From assembly GCA_965140785.1 (NCBI GenBank), contig OZ223521.1, positions 76,718 through 140,717 on the forward strand: a stretch of DNA of 64,000 nucleotides. The letters are read 5' to 3'. This stretch comes from an uncultured Ruficoccus sp. GTDB taxonomy: Bacteria; Verrucomicrobiota; Verrucomicrobiia; Opitutales; Cerasicoccaceae. Position 1 is the first letter of the stretch, and each line of letters begins with the position of its first letter. Below are positions 38,434 through 48,532 of this stretch, one piece after another. The notes beneath the pieces are model-generated. The model had not been told where the DNA came from, did not search any database, and saw only the letters and a list, made by a program, of their open reading frames with translations. A program made the position numbers and the translations under genes.

Positions 38434-41400
38434 ATGAAACTAGCAATGCTCTACATGTTGACCCTACTGGCCTTACTGATGACCAGTGTTCGGACCTTTG
38501 CCTCGAACCAATACCGGGTATCCGAGGTCGACGGCGGTATGCCCTATCTGTTGCACCTGCCTGAGGTGTATGACGATAACCCGGACAAAGCTTACCCCGC
38601 CATCATTTTTCTGCATGGGTACGGTGAGCGATGCAACCCGAATAGCTATGGCACAACCAATGAACTATCCAGGCTGGAAAATGCGGGCGGGACAATACCC
38701 CGGCTTGTCCGCGATGGGTACCCCCTGAGTGCTGAGGTTAATGGCGAGACGGAGTACTTTGTCCTGATCTCCCCGCAAATCGCAACGGATCGTGGGCCGT
38801 GGGGAGCTGAGGATGTGATCGCATTGCTCGATGAGGTTTCGGCGGAGGTTCGCATCGACCCGGAACGCGTTTACCTGACAGGCTTCAGTTTCGGGGGGAC
38901 AGGAGTGTGGAGCGTGCTCACCCAGTCGGCCAACGAGCCTAATCGGTTCGCGGGGGCGGCTCCGGTTCACGGGCGGTCAACCTCATTGAATAAGCATAAA
39001 AAAATCGCAGAGGATAATGTGCCGATTTGGGCTTTCACTGGCTTGAAGGATCCGACTGAGCATACACCCGAGCGAGTGCTTATCGCCAACCGCGAGGTAC
39101 TTGGCTATCTGCCGACAGCGGACAACCAGGCTAGCGCATACCCCGATGTTGCCCACTCCTGCGCACGTGCCTACAACACCGGCAATTTCTACGAATCGCC
39201 TAATCTTTACCAATGGTTCCTGCAGCACCGGCTACAGGAACCGGGGCTGGTCGAGCAGACCAACCTGGCCAACCGAAGCGAGACGATTGTCACCGCCGGG
39301 GACGTGCAGGGGAACTATGGGGCGAACCGGGTGAAGAACAATACGGGTACGTTTTGGGGCTCCGATACGGATAATTATGATGATAAATGGGTGATGCTCG
39401 ATTTGGGGGAAATTGATATGGTGGACGCCGTCTATCTGCGTTTTGCCAGTTCGACAAACTCCTCGCTCAAACCGACTTCGCCGCATGGGGAGATCACTCG
39501 TGTCGAGGCTTCGCCCACGAGCGGGCGCATCCGGATTTACGCGCCGAATCATGCCCGGCGTAAGCAATCGTTACAAATTCCGGCTGACCTGATTTGGATC
39601 AAGGGGACGAGCGATTACAATGGCGGTCCCTTTGAGGTGATGGCGGTGAACAGCAAAAGCTCGGAAAACCCCAACGGATGGTTCGAGATTGAGGGTGATT
39701 TTGCGCAGACGAGCACGGGCACCTGGTACACACTCAACCAGACGACGGTAGCCTATCGCCTGGAATGCAGCGAAAATGGAAATGACTGGACCGTGCTGGC
39801 CGAGGAGGATGATAACTACCAGTTCAACCGTCTCTATCGCTTTGAGGCCCGGCCGATGCGCTATGTGCGCCTGAGTATCCAGCGGCCCAACCGCATGGAC
39901 CTGCCGGAGTTTGAGCACCTGTCCCGAATCTACGAGATCAAGGTGCTGGAAGCGCTGGCGGATCTGGACCCTCCCAGTGCCCCCTCGGCTCTCAACGTTT
40001 CGGACGTGACCTCCGGCGGGATGGCGCTGGACTGGACCGCGCCAACGGGCGGAGTCGTCGCGGGCTACCATGTTTACTGGAGCACGGAAAACGTTCGGCC
40101 CGAATCACCGCAGGAGGATGTCGATAATACCAGTTGTGTCTTAACGGGACTGGATTCCGAGACGACCTATTACTTTTGGGTCAGTGCTTACAACTCTGGC
40201 GGGGAATCCGCCGCCATCAGCGGCTCGCAGACAACGCTCGCGCTACAGCCTCCGGTGGCACCGGAGGACTTGTCGGTCGTTGCTGCCACGGCGAGCAGCC
40301 TGACCCTGGCGTGGACGGATGCCGCTGACAACGAAGACAGCTACCGTGTCTACTGGAGCACAGAAAATGTCCGGCCCGCCTCTGCGCCGGCGACGCTCCC
40401 AGCTGGGTCAAACACTTACTATGTCGATGGGTTGACGGCTGAGACGAACTACTACTTTTGGGTGGTGGCGGTCAACGCCGAGGGTGAGTCCCCGCCGGCG
40501 ACGCTGAGCGCCCAGACGCTGGAAGCGGCGGGCAGTATTGATGTCGGGCTTATCTCGCACTGGAAGTTTGACGAAAGCAGTGGAGCAACGGCATACGATA
40601 CCTACGGGCTGGCCGACGGCACACTGACGGGAGACGCCACGCGTCTTTCGGCGGGCCTCTCGGGGGGCGGGGTTTCTCTGGATGGGACCGATGACTGGGT
40701 GGAGGTTGACCACCAGGCTGAGTACAGCGGAGAGGCTTTCAGTATCTCCATGTGGATTCGTCCGGCGGCTATCGACTCGCAGCCGCGCGGGTTGATTTCC
40801 AAGCGCTCGGGTACGGCCAGCACCCAGCGGACTTTCAGTATCTTCAGCTATGCGAGGGGACAGTTGTACATCGACATCGGACCGTCCCGTATCGTGAGTG
40901 GCTACTTTCTGGAGGCGCTTACGGAGTGGCAGCATCTGGTACTGGTCTTTGATGGCTCCGTCAGTTCCGATAATGTGCACCTTTACATGAACGGGACGCT
41001 GGTCGGCACCTATACAATCTCGGTTACGGAAATGCCCTCAATTGACTGCCCATTGACCATCGGCACGCTGAACAAGGACTACGGCGACTCATTTAACGGG
41101 GACATTGACGAAGTGCGTCTGTATGGGCGTGTGCTGGTCTCTAGCGAGGTCGCTTACCTGTACGCAAATGAACCGGAAGCCGCCTCTGGGGAAGTGCCAG
41201 CCAATTATGCCGAGTGGGTGGCGCAAACCTTGGATGGCGCAACGGCACAGGAGCAGGCTCCCTCCGCTGACCCAGACGGGGATGGAATTGTGAACCTGAA
41301 CGAGTTTGCGTTGGGTGGCGATCCTACGACTGGGGACCCGTTCACGCATCCGGTTTCGACGTTGGTCGAAGTTAACGGCGTGCGCTATCTGGAGGTTAGC

Positions 41401-41697
41401 CACCGCCGTCGTTGTGGCGGGACGGGTGACAGCGTGTCCGGGTATTCGGTCGGCGATCTGTATTACCGTGTCGAAGTGACTGATGACCTGGGAGCGGAGA
41501 TATGGGAGAGTGGCAGTGAGTGGTTTGAACAGATCGGTACCCCGGTGGACAACGGTGATGGCACGGAAACGGTGACCCTTCGGCTGAAATTACCCGTTTT
41601 CGGTCAGACCGTGTATTATGTGCATCTGTACGTTAATAACGACTCATCGACGAGTGCTGCTTCCTTTCAGATCGTCGAGAATCGCCCAGAGAAGTAG
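38434..41697 (+). CDS. Secreted modular protein: alpha/beta-hydrolase (esterase) + interrupted F5/8 + 2x FN3 + LamG + C-terminal DxDxDG module
   Basis: Signal peptide; FLHGYGE, RVYLTGFSFGG (GxSxG); WVMLDLG...CSENGNDW; two L.W...Y.VYW...TYYFWV.A.N repeats; HWKFDE...WQHL...IDEVRLY; ADPDGDGIVNLNEFALGGDP. Confidence 0.85.
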   Translation: MKLAMLYMLTLLALLMTSVRTFASNQYRVSEVDGGMPYLLHLPEVYDDNPDKAYPAIIFLHGYGERCNPNSYGTTNELSRLENAGGTIPRLVRDGYPLSAEVNGETEYFVLISPQIATDRGPWGAEDVIALLDEVSAEVRIDPERVYLTGFSFGGTGVWSVLTQSANEPNRFAGAAPVHGRSTSLNKHKKIAEDNVPIWAFTGLKDPTEHTPERVLIANREVLGYLPTADNQASAYPDVAHSCARAYNTGNFYESPNLYQWFLQHRLQEPGLVEQTNLANRSETIVTAGDVQGNYGANRVKNNTGTFWGSDTDNYDDKWVMLDLGEIDMVDAVYLRFASSTNSSLKPTSPHGEITRVEASPTSGRIRIYAPNHARRKQSLQIPADLIWIKGTSDYNGGPFEVMAVNSKSSENPNGWFEIEGDFAQTSTGTWYTLNQTTVAYRLECSENGNDWTVLAEEDDNYQFNRLYRFEARPMRYVRLSIQRPNRMDLPEFEHLSRIYEIKVLEALADLDPPSAPSALNVSDVTSGGMALDWTAPTGGVVAGYHVYWSTENVRPESPQEDVDNTSCVLTGLDSETTYYFWVSAYNSGGESAAISGSQTTLALQPPVAPEDLSVVAATASSLTLAWTDAADNEDSYRVYWSTENVRPASAPATLPAGSNTYYVDGLTAETNYYFWVVAVNAEGESPPATLSAQTLEAAGSIDVGLISHWKFDESSGATAYDTYGLADGTLTGDATRLSAGLSGGGVSLDGTDDWVEVDHQAEYSGEAFSISMWIRPAAIDSQPRGLISKRSGTASTQRTFSIFSYARGQLYIDIGPSRIVSGYFLEALTEWQHLVLVFDGSVSSDNVHLYMNGTLVGTYTISVTEMPSIDCPLTIGTLNKDYGDSFNGDIDEVRLYGRVLVSSEVAYLYANEPEAASGEVPANYAEWVAQTLDGATAQEQAPSADPDGDGIVNLNEFALGGDPTTGDPFTHPVSTLVEVNGVRYLEVSHRRRCGGTGDSVSGYSVGDLYYRVEVTDDLGAEIWESGSEWFEQIGTPVDNGDGTETVTLRLKLPVFGQTVYYVHLYVNNDSSTSAASFQIVENRPEK

Positions 41698-41788
41698 CGG
41701 CTGGGCATCACATGGAAAGGGGCTGGGGTATTCTCTATGGCCGGAATCACGCACGGCGGGCGGTCAGGTGCTGCTTGCCGTGTGTGAC

Positions 41789-41830
41789 AAACCGGTCTAC
41801 TATTGAGGGGATGGGGCTTGGCAGGGCTTG
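41789..41830 (+). repeat. 42-bp regulatory repeat, copy 1 (upstream of the TPR/ABC genes)
   Basis: AAACCGGTCTACTATTGAGGGGATGGGGCTTGGCAGGGCTTG; 38/42 identical to 57314-57355. Confidence 0.85.
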
Positions 41831-41904
41831 AAGAATTATACCTAATTCCATCAGCTCGGATGCAACACGTAGAGGCGTGTTTGACTCTGGGCTTTACCCA
41901 GCCT

Positions 41905-42834
41905 ATGCCACAGTCTTTTTCCATACGCCCGATGTGCCTTGCCCTGTACCTGTGTGTACTGGCCGCACTATCTGGTTGCTCCCGTCAGAAAGAGGAGCCC
42001 GCCTCGGCCGTTGAGCAGATCGAGGCGGGGGTCGATTTACTGCGCATTTTTAATTTTAAGGAGGCTTACGACGTGCTGTCCAGTGTCCAGCCGCAGTTGA
42101 GTGAGGAAGATGAGCAATGGCCGTTGGCAACGTACTCGCTGGGGGTGGCTGCCTGGCAGATGGCTCCGCCGAGGCAAGAGCGGATCAAGCAGGCGCAGGA
42201 ACTTTTCGAAGCCGTGATATCCCATGACGCAGACTCGGAGTTCGCGTCTGCCGCGATGCTTGACTTGGGGCGGATTGCCGAAGTGTCCGACTATCTCGGC
42301 GACCCCACGGACGTTCCTCTGGCTCAGAGCTACTATCAGAAGGTGAGGGACGAGTTCCCCGGTACGGATATGGCCACCCGGGCGACTCTCTATCTGGCTC
42401 AGACCTGGGCGCAGACATTTGATCCGGGGCAGGTTCAGGCTGCCGTCGAGCTACTGGAGTCAGAAATGAGCGCGGAACCCGACAGCCCATGGATGGGAGT
42501 TCTGGCTCAGTATACTGCGCAACTGTACGCCTTTTACCTGGATCGCCCTGATGAGGCGGTTGATATTTACCTGAAGGCGGTCGAGGCAGGGCTCCCCCGT
42601 CCTGCCGATGCTGATGTTTCTCTCTGGCAACTGGGGTTGCTGGCGGAAAAGGCCGGGCGGGATAAAATCGCGGCTGAAGTCTTTGCCCGGATGGTTCGTG
42701 AATATCCGCGCAGCATTTACCGGACCATGGCTTATGAGAGAGCCATGGCGCTGGTCCGGAAGCATCCAGAATTTCAGCTGGCATTACCCGAAGTTTCGGT
42801 AACGGAAATGAGCGGAGGGGGACAATCGCGATGA
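41905..42834 (+). CDS. TPR-repeat lipoprotein
   Basis: Start placed at ATG 41905; lipobox LSGC; repeated A..Y/F..V...YP/FP.S/T..A..A helical motifs. The stop overlaps the SBP start (ATGA). Confidence 0.8.
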   Translation: MPQSFSIRPMCLALYLCVLAALSGCSRQKEEPASAVEQIEAGVDLLRIFNFKEAYDVLSSVQPQLSEEDEQWPLATYSLGVAAWQMAPPRQERIKQAQELFEAVISHDADSEFASAAMLDLGRIAEVSDYLGDPTDVPLAQSYYQKVRDEFPGTDMATRATLYLAQTWAQTFDPGQVQAAVELLESEMSAEPDSPWMGVLAQYTAQLYAFYLDRPDEAVDIYLKAVEAGLPRPADADVSLWQLGLLAEKAGRDKIAAEVFARMVREYPRSIYRTMAYERAMALVRKHPEFQLALPEVSVTEMSGGGQSR

Positions 42835-44675
42835 GTAAGCGTAGAGCGAAATTTGATACCAGGTGGATCTCGGCCGGTATTTTACTGGTGGCGTTTATCT
42901 ACAGTGCGGTGCGTTTCTTTATCGTTTCCCATCAGCTCAACAGCGTGGAATCAGATGACAGTGGCCAAAAGACGATTCGCATTGCGCATTGGCTGCTTGA
43001 GCCTGGCGTAAGCGAGAGCCTGCAGTGGGCGATCGACGAGTATGAGCAACTGCCACACGTGAAGGCGGCAAACGTCAAAATTATTCAGGTTCCAATTTCG
43101 GAGCGGTTTTTCAACCAGTTCATGAATGTGCACCTGATCAGCGGGACGGCACCGGATATCGCGATCAAAGGCCAGACGGAGTTGATCAAGGGCAACGCTC
43201 TGGCAAAATTCTATACTCCCATCAGCAGCTACATTGGCGATCCCAATCCCTACAACGCGCCCGAGTACCAAGAGCCCGGACTGCCCGAGGATCTTTCCAG
43301 ATTTCTGGCCGAGAGCCCTTGGAAAGACACCTTCTTTGACGGACTGCAAGGGGGTTATGAAGAATTGCTGAGCGACTATTACGCAATTCCCATTTCCACC
43401 TGGGGTGGCTTTCGGGTCATTTACAACCTGAGCATGCTGGCTAATGTCAAGGACTTCGCCCGGGAGCAGGCCACGGTGCAGCCCGAACCGGAGTGGATGA
43501 CAAAGATGTGGCGTGTGCCCGGTGAGAATAAAGGCTTCCTACCCAAGGAGGAGGCGTTGTCTTGGCTGAAGACGGACAGCATCCCGCAGACGTTGGGGGA
43601 ATTCATTTTTTACTGCGAAGCAGTCAAGGCCTATGCGGAGGCAACCGGGGAGCCGCACCTGTACCCGATCGCGGGCAGCAGCTATTTCGGCAATAACCTC
43701 ATGCGTCAGTACGAGCGAGAGTTCCTCTCCGACTATTGGGATAAGTTAGACTTTGAGCCTGGGACGAAGCTCCATCCGATGGAAATGATGGAGGGCTATG
43801 AGGAAGGAAAGTGGAGCATGCAGTCGGCGGACATTCGCGCTTATTTCGAATTCCTGAGGACTCTGACCTCATACTACCCAAACGGCTTTATGGGGATGGA
43901 CCGCGAGCAGGCCCAACGGCGTTTCGTGCTCGGCCAGTCTGCCATCATCAGCACGGGAGCCTGGGACGCGCAGAGCATTTACTCGGGTGTCGCCTCACGG
44001 GATGACCCGGCGGACCGCTTCGATATCGGGATCGCCCTCAAGCCGTTGCCGTCAGCCGGTGAGCGGTGGAGTGATATCTTGCGCATGCGCGTTTCTGAGG
44101 CAGATGCCAAGGGGCAGGTGCCCTTTGCCATCAACAAGCAGTCACCGCATTTTGAGTGGGCACTGGACTTTCTCAAGTTCCTTTCTTCGCACCGTATTAA
44201 CGAGGAGTTTAACGAGCGTGCCGGACGGCTGCCAGTGGTGATCGGAGCCAAGCCCCCGGAGATGGTGAAGGCTTTTCAACCCACGGCGGAGGGGATTCCC
44301 CAGTGGTTTGCGATGAGCTTTGGGAGCCCCGGATTACCGCCGACGGTCAAGTCTGTGTGGTCGTCCATGACGAAACTCTACATGACCGGGGACGTTGATT
44401 ATGACGAGGTAGCAACGAGCATTGATGACGTTTTGCGCAATCCAAGGATTGGGATCCAGCGGGCCTGGGTAACCTCACTGCTGACTGAGCAGGACAAATC
44501 CCGTGCGAATGACCGGGCGGTCTCGGTGGAGAGGCTCAATGCGATTCTGGGCTCGGAAGAGGCTGCCAAGCGCGAGCGCTCGTTGATGTACCTCGGGCTG
44601 ATTGAAGACGAAGGCGTCCAACTGCGGCATTGGTGGCACATGACGCACGAGGGGCAGCCCTATCCTGCCTATTAG
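42831..44675 (+). CDS. Carbohydrate ABC transporter extracellular solute-binding protein, N-terminally anchored, large (614 aa)
   Basis: N-terminal TM; IRIAHW, SGTAPDI, IYN..ML, F..GQSA...G.W and ALDFLKFL motifs; followed by two permeases. Confidence 0.85.
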   Translation: MSKRRAKFDTRWISAGILLVAFIYSAVRFFIVSHQLNSVESDDSGQKTIRIAHWLLEPGVSESLQWAIDEYEQLPHVKAANVKIIQVPISERFFNQFMNVHLISGTAPDIAIKGQTELIKGNALAKFYTPISSYIGDPNPYNAPEYQEPGLPEDLSRFLAESPWKDTFFDGLQGGYEELLSDYYAIPISTWGGFRVIYNLSMLANVKDFAREQATVQPEPEWMTKMWRVPGENKGFLPKEEALSWLKTDSIPQTLGEFIFYCEAVKAYAEATGEPHLYPIAGSSYFGNNLMRQYEREFLSDYWDKLDFEPGTKLHPMEMMEGYEEGKWSMQSADIRAYFEFLRTLTSYYPNGFMGMDREQAQRRFVLGQSAIISTGAWDAQSIYSGVASRDDPADRFDIGIALKPLPSAGERWSDILRMRVSEADAKGQVPFAINKQSPHFEWALDFLKFLSSHRINEEFNERAGRLPVVIGAKPPEMVKAFQPTAEGIPQWFAMSFGSPGLPPTVKSVWSSMTKLYMTGDVDYDEVATSIDDVLRNPRIGIQRAWVTSLLTEQDKSRANDRAVSVERLNAILGSEEAAKRERSLMYLGLIEDEGVQLRHWWHMTHEGQPYPAY

Positions 44676-44714
44676 AAACGACGGAAAATATCGAATCACA
44701 CCTTTAATACGAAA

Positions 44715-46211
44715 ATGCTTAAACAGAGCACACAGGGGCAGGATCAACTGCGTCGAAGCCGCTTGCGCCAGAAGTTTTTCGAGCGTGGAAAGCTGTATCT
44801 GGCTTTGTATGCGCTTATTTTACCGACGACTCTTTCGCTGCTTATTTTCAGTTATTACCCAAAGGTCGATGTGCTGTTCATGTCGTTCTTTCGCTGGGAG
44901 CCGCCCTCGGTCAAAGACTATATCGGACTGCGGAATTTTGTGACGGCCTTTAATGACCCGCTTTTCTGGCAGTCGTTTAAATTGGTGGGTATATTGCTGG
45001 TGGCTAACCTGATCAAGTTGTGGCCCGGCATCTTGGCGGCAATTGCGCTGAACCGTGTAAAAAGCGACCGTTTGCGCTATTTTATCCAAGTTTGTTTCGT
45101 GGTGCCGATGATCATTCCGAGCATGGTGTTCCTGCTTATCTGGAAGAACTTCTATGACCCGGACTTCGGTCTGGTGAACCGTCTGCTCAACGCGACCGGA
45201 GGAATGGAAATTCTCAACTGGATGGATACGGTGATGCCGGCCTTTGCCCAGTGGCTAAGTCCCTTTGAGGCGCATTTTCTGACGCCGGTGTTCGGGGGAA
45301 TCGGCGGTCCCATTATCCTGGGGGCAATGGTGATGGCCGCCGGGGCCAGGCGCGAGTATAGCCAGCGTCGTTGGGGCGACTACGGCATGTTAATGGCCGG
45401 TGCGGTTCTGTTTCCGGCGGCGAGTATTTTTGGCCTCCAGGCGCAGCCAACCATGGGACTCGTGCTCGTGGTAAGTGTGCTGGCTGTTGCCTGGATGGTT
45501 CTTTGCTCCCGCAGACTGGGCAATGCCTGGATAACCTGGCCGTTTCTGATTTTGGCTGGGATCGTTGTCTTTTGGCATGAGCTCTGGCGTATGCCAGTTA
45601 CCCTGCTTGCCGCATTGGCTTTGGTGGAGTTAGTGCAGATGAGAAAGGATGAGTATCAGGCGCGTTTTGTCTTCCGGGCTATCATGCTGGGACTGGTTGG
45701 GCTGGGTGTGTTTTTCGTCCTGTTCGGGACCATATGGACGGACCCGATCGGACAATTCGCGGGCGGGTCACCAGCCTGGTTGGGGAATCGAGACCTAGTA
45801 ATCCCGGCGATTATTTTCTGGGGCTTTCCGTGGGTCGGGTCCGTTGGGGTGCTGATCTATCTGTCCGGGCTGCAGAATATCCCGCAGGATGTATACGAGG
45901 CGGCACGTCTGGATGGTGTCAGCCCGATCGGGATGATCTTTCGCATTGAGCTCCCCTTGATCATGACGCAGATCCGGATCAATCTCATTTTTATGACCAT
46001 TGGTACGCTGAGCGCGTACGAGATATTTCTTATTCTTCTGGGACCTTATGGGGGCCCCGGGAACAAGGGGATGGTGCCGGGGCTGTACATGTTCAGCTCG
46101 GCTTTTAACGAAGGTCACTTCGGCTATGCGTGTGCGTTGGGGATGGTGCTTTTTATAATCATTCTGCTGCTGACCATCGTCTACCAGAAGTACGTTAAAG
46201 TGGATAAATAA
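44715..46211 (+). CDS. Carbohydrate ABC permease (MalF-like) with extra transmembrane insertion
   Basis: YIGLRNF...D..FW, GLVN.LL, and the EAA motif LQNIPQDVYEAARLDG. Confidence 0.9.
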   Translation: MLKQSTQGQDQLRRSRLRQKFFERGKLYLALYALILPTTLSLLIFSYYPKVDVLFMSFFRWEPPSVKDYIGLRNFVTAFNDPLFWQSFKLVGILLVANLIKLWPGILAAIALNRVKSDRLRYFIQVCFVVPMIIPSMVFLLIWKNFYDPDFGLVNRLLNATGGMEILNWMDTVMPAFAQWLSPFEAHFLTPVFGGIGGPIILGAMVMAAGARREYSQRRWGDYGMLMAGAVLFPAASIFGLQAQPTMGLVLVVSVLAVAWMVLCSRRLGNAWITWPFLILAGIVVFWHELWRMPVTLLAALALVELVQMRKDEYQARFVFRAIMLGLVGLGVFFVLFGTIWTDPIGQFAGGSPAWLGNRDLVIPAIIFWGFPWVGSVGVLIYLSGLQNIPQDVYEAARLDGVSPIGMIFRIELPLIMTQIRINLIFMTIGTLSAYEIFLILLGPYGGPGNKGMVPGLYMFSSAFNEGHFGYACALGMVLFIIILLLTIVYQKYVKVDK

Positions 46212-46236
46212 AGGGGTAAACGGAGCCGATAATACG

Positions 46237-47076
46237 ATGAAATTTTTCAATGCCAGTAAATGGGGAGAGGCGGTCAAGCTCGGTTATTTGGCCTTTATTC
46301 TCCTGTGTGCTTTTTTCCCGCTGTACATCATGCTGGTGGTCAGCTTCAAGACTAACGAGCAGTACCTGACCAATCCCTGGTTTTTTGACGCTCTCTCGGA
46401 TTGGAAGTGGGAGAACTGGGCCGGAGGCTGGCAGGCTGTGCACGGCTACATCGGCAACTCTATCTTCGTTTCCTTTCTCGGAACGTTTATCACGCTGATC
46501 ATCGTTCTGATGAGTTCATACGCCATCGCTCGTTATAATTTTCCGGGCAAGAATCTGATCTTTTACCTGATCATGGCCACGATGTTTCTGCCTGGGACGG
46601 TTGCAGCTCTGGTTACGCTGTTCAACCTGCTCAGGCAGATGGGGCTGATCAACAATCTGTGGGCTCTGGTATTGATGGCTTCCGTCAGTGGGCAAGTTGC
46701 CGGTGTGTTCATCTTGAGGAACTTTATTGAGGAAATCCCCAAAGAGCTTTTTGAATCCGCTCAGATAGACGGTGCCGGGCACCTTCAGCAGATCCGGCAT
46801 ATCGTGCTGCCACTTGCAGCTCCGATTATCTCTGTGACGTGTATCATGGATTTTCTGCATTCGTGGAACAACGTCATTCTCCCACTGCTGTTGCTGCGTG
46901 ACGACGCCTTGTTGACGATCCCAGTCGGGCTCTTCCGTTTGGATGGGCAGTACGTCAAGCAATACGGCCAGCTTATGGCGGGCTACGCGATCAGTTCCAT
47001 TCCTTTGTTAATCATTTTTATTTTTTCCATGAAATTTTTCGTTAAGGGCCTGTCTGCGGGCGCAGTAAAAGGCTAA
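46237..47076 (+). CDS. Carbohydrate ABC permease (MalG-like)
   Basis: SFKT, YAIARYNFPGK, IPKELFESAQIDGA and WN motifs. Confidence 0.93.
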   Translation: MKFFNASKWGEAVKLGYLAFILLCAFFPLYIMLVVSFKTNEQYLTNPWFFDALSDWKWENWAGGWQAVHGYIGNSIFVSFLGTFITLIIVLMSSYAIARYNFPGKNLIFYLIMATMFLPGTVAALVTLFNLLRQMGLINNLWALVLMASVSGQVAGVFILRNFIEEIPKELFESAQIDGAGHLQQIRHIVLPLAAPIISVTCIMDFLHSWNNVILPLLLLRDDALLTIPVGLFRLDGQYVKQYGQLMAGYAISSIPLLIIFIFSMKFFVKGLSAGAVKG

Positions 47077-47107
47077 GTACAACCTCTTTTTCGAGGGGGA
47101 ACGTAAC

Positions 47108-48412
47108 ATGAATAAAGTTGATATAAAAACAGTCACAAGATTAGGCTACCAAGGTATATGGTACGATCTAGGACAAAGCAATGAGTATGGCTCAAAGTAT
47201 TCGGGGGGGTTAGCGACTTATACGGCCAAGCACCGTCCGATTGCGATATATTCGGCTGAAGCCGAGTGTACCTTCTTTGTCTATGGGGGAACGCGTGCCA
47301 CGAACGAACGGTACCTTCTGTGCATGGTCGGTGCTTACGATCACCGGCAGAAGAAGTTGCTTCCGCCTACGGTTGTGCATGACAAAGAGGGGGTAGACGA
47401 TCCGCATGACAACAGCTCGATAGCTATCGATGAGAAGGGCTTCCTATGGATATTTGTGTCGGGGCGTGGAAGTGGACGACCGGGATTTATCTACCGTTCG
47501 AATGTCCCGTACTCGATTGAGTCGTTTCAGGTCGTAGACTCCTCGGAGTTTACGTATCCTCAGCCCTGGTGGATAGCGGGCAAGGGGTTCTTTCATTTCT
47601 TTACGCAGTACACGGGGCTGCGTGAGCTGTACTTCAATACCAGTGCGGATGGCTACGAGTGGGGGGAGGTGCGCAAGCTGGCAGGAATCGGCGGGCACTA
47701 CCAGCTCAGTGAAGTTCGTGGAGACAGGTTGGTCACGGCTTTTAACCGGCACCCGGGCGGTGACTGCGACATGAGGACTGACTTGTACTACGTGGAAACT
47801 CGCGATATGGGTGAGTCTTGGCAGACCATTGATGGCCACGAGGTCCATATCCCCATTTGCACAGAGGAGCATCCGACACGTATTCGGAACTATCAGGTGG
47901 AAGGCAAATTGGTTTATGTGAAGGACCTGAACTTTGATCATAAGGGTAACCCGATTATCCTTGTGGTCACGAGTAGGCATTGCCACGCCGGTCCGGCGGG
48001 CAATCCCCGTGAGTGGGAAATCGTGCATTGGAATGGTCGGGAGTGGAAGTTTCAGGTCGTGACGTCATCCTCCCACAACTATGATACCGGGTCGATTTAT
48101 GTGGAGGGTGAAACCTGGCGTTTAATTGCACCGACCGAACCCGGTCCCCAGCGTTGGGGACAGGGTGGGGAAGTCGCAGTCTGGGAGAGTCCTTATCCAG
48201 GTAACCAGTGGAAAAAGGTCTGTGATATCACCCATGAAAGTCCGCGTAATCATTCCTATGTTCGACGCCCGGTAAATGCCCACGATGATTTTTACGCGTT
48301 TTGGTGTGATGGACACTCGGACACGCTCAGCGACGCTAAGCTCTACTATACCCGCCGCCCCGACTATGCCCCGGTATCCATGCCGATGAGCCTGGATGAC
48401 CTGATTGAATAA
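47108..48412 (+). CDS. BNR_4-repeat beta-propeller protein (putative polysaccharide lyase/glycosidase)
   Basis: DPHDN.SIAID..G..WIFVSG, TYPQ, and Asp-boxes SADGYEW / TRDMGESW; no signal peptide. Confidence 0.7.
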   Translation: MNKVDIKTVTRLGYQGIWYDLGQSNEYGSKYSGGLATYTAKHRPIAIYSAEAECTFFVYGGTRATNERYLLCMVGAYDHRQKKLLPPTVVHDKEGVDDPHDNSSIAIDEKGFLWIFVSGRGSGRPGFIYRSNVPYSIESFQVVDSSEFTYPQPWWIAGKGFFHFFTQYTGLRELYFNTSADGYEWGEVRKLAGIGGHYQLSEVRGDRLVTAFNRHPGGDCDMRTDLYYVETRDMGESWQTIDGHEVHIPICTEEHPTRIRNYQVEGKLVYVKDLNFDHKGNPIILVVTSRHCHAGPAGNPREWEIVHWNGREWKFQVVTSSSHNYDTGSIYVEGETWRLIAPTEPGPQRWGQGGEVAVWESPYPGNQWKKVCDITHESPRNHSYVRRPVNAHDDFYAFWCDGHSDTLSDAKLYYTRRPDYAPVSMPMSLDDLIE

Positions 48413-48414
48413 GC

Positions 48415-48424
48415 ATATCGGTTT
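48415..48424 (-). promoter_or_regulatory. Operator-like site upstream of the giant PilX-like gene
   Basis: Minus strand AAACCGATAT matches the AAACCGRTMT consensus found in other intergenic regions. Confidence 0.35.
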
Positions 48425-48532
48425 CCTGTTTCGAAGGGGCTTCGGAGTTGCGCGAACATGACAGAAGGAATACATTAAATTATTACAAGGGATGCGATTG
48501 AAAGTCCCGGTACCCCGTTCTTTTTGCTATCA

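Noticed and set aside
40060..40490. DNA-level repeat (TACTGGAGCAC.GAAAA.GT.CGGCCCG) as a possible array
   Set aside because: Only two copies, in frame, encoding the tandem FN3 domains.
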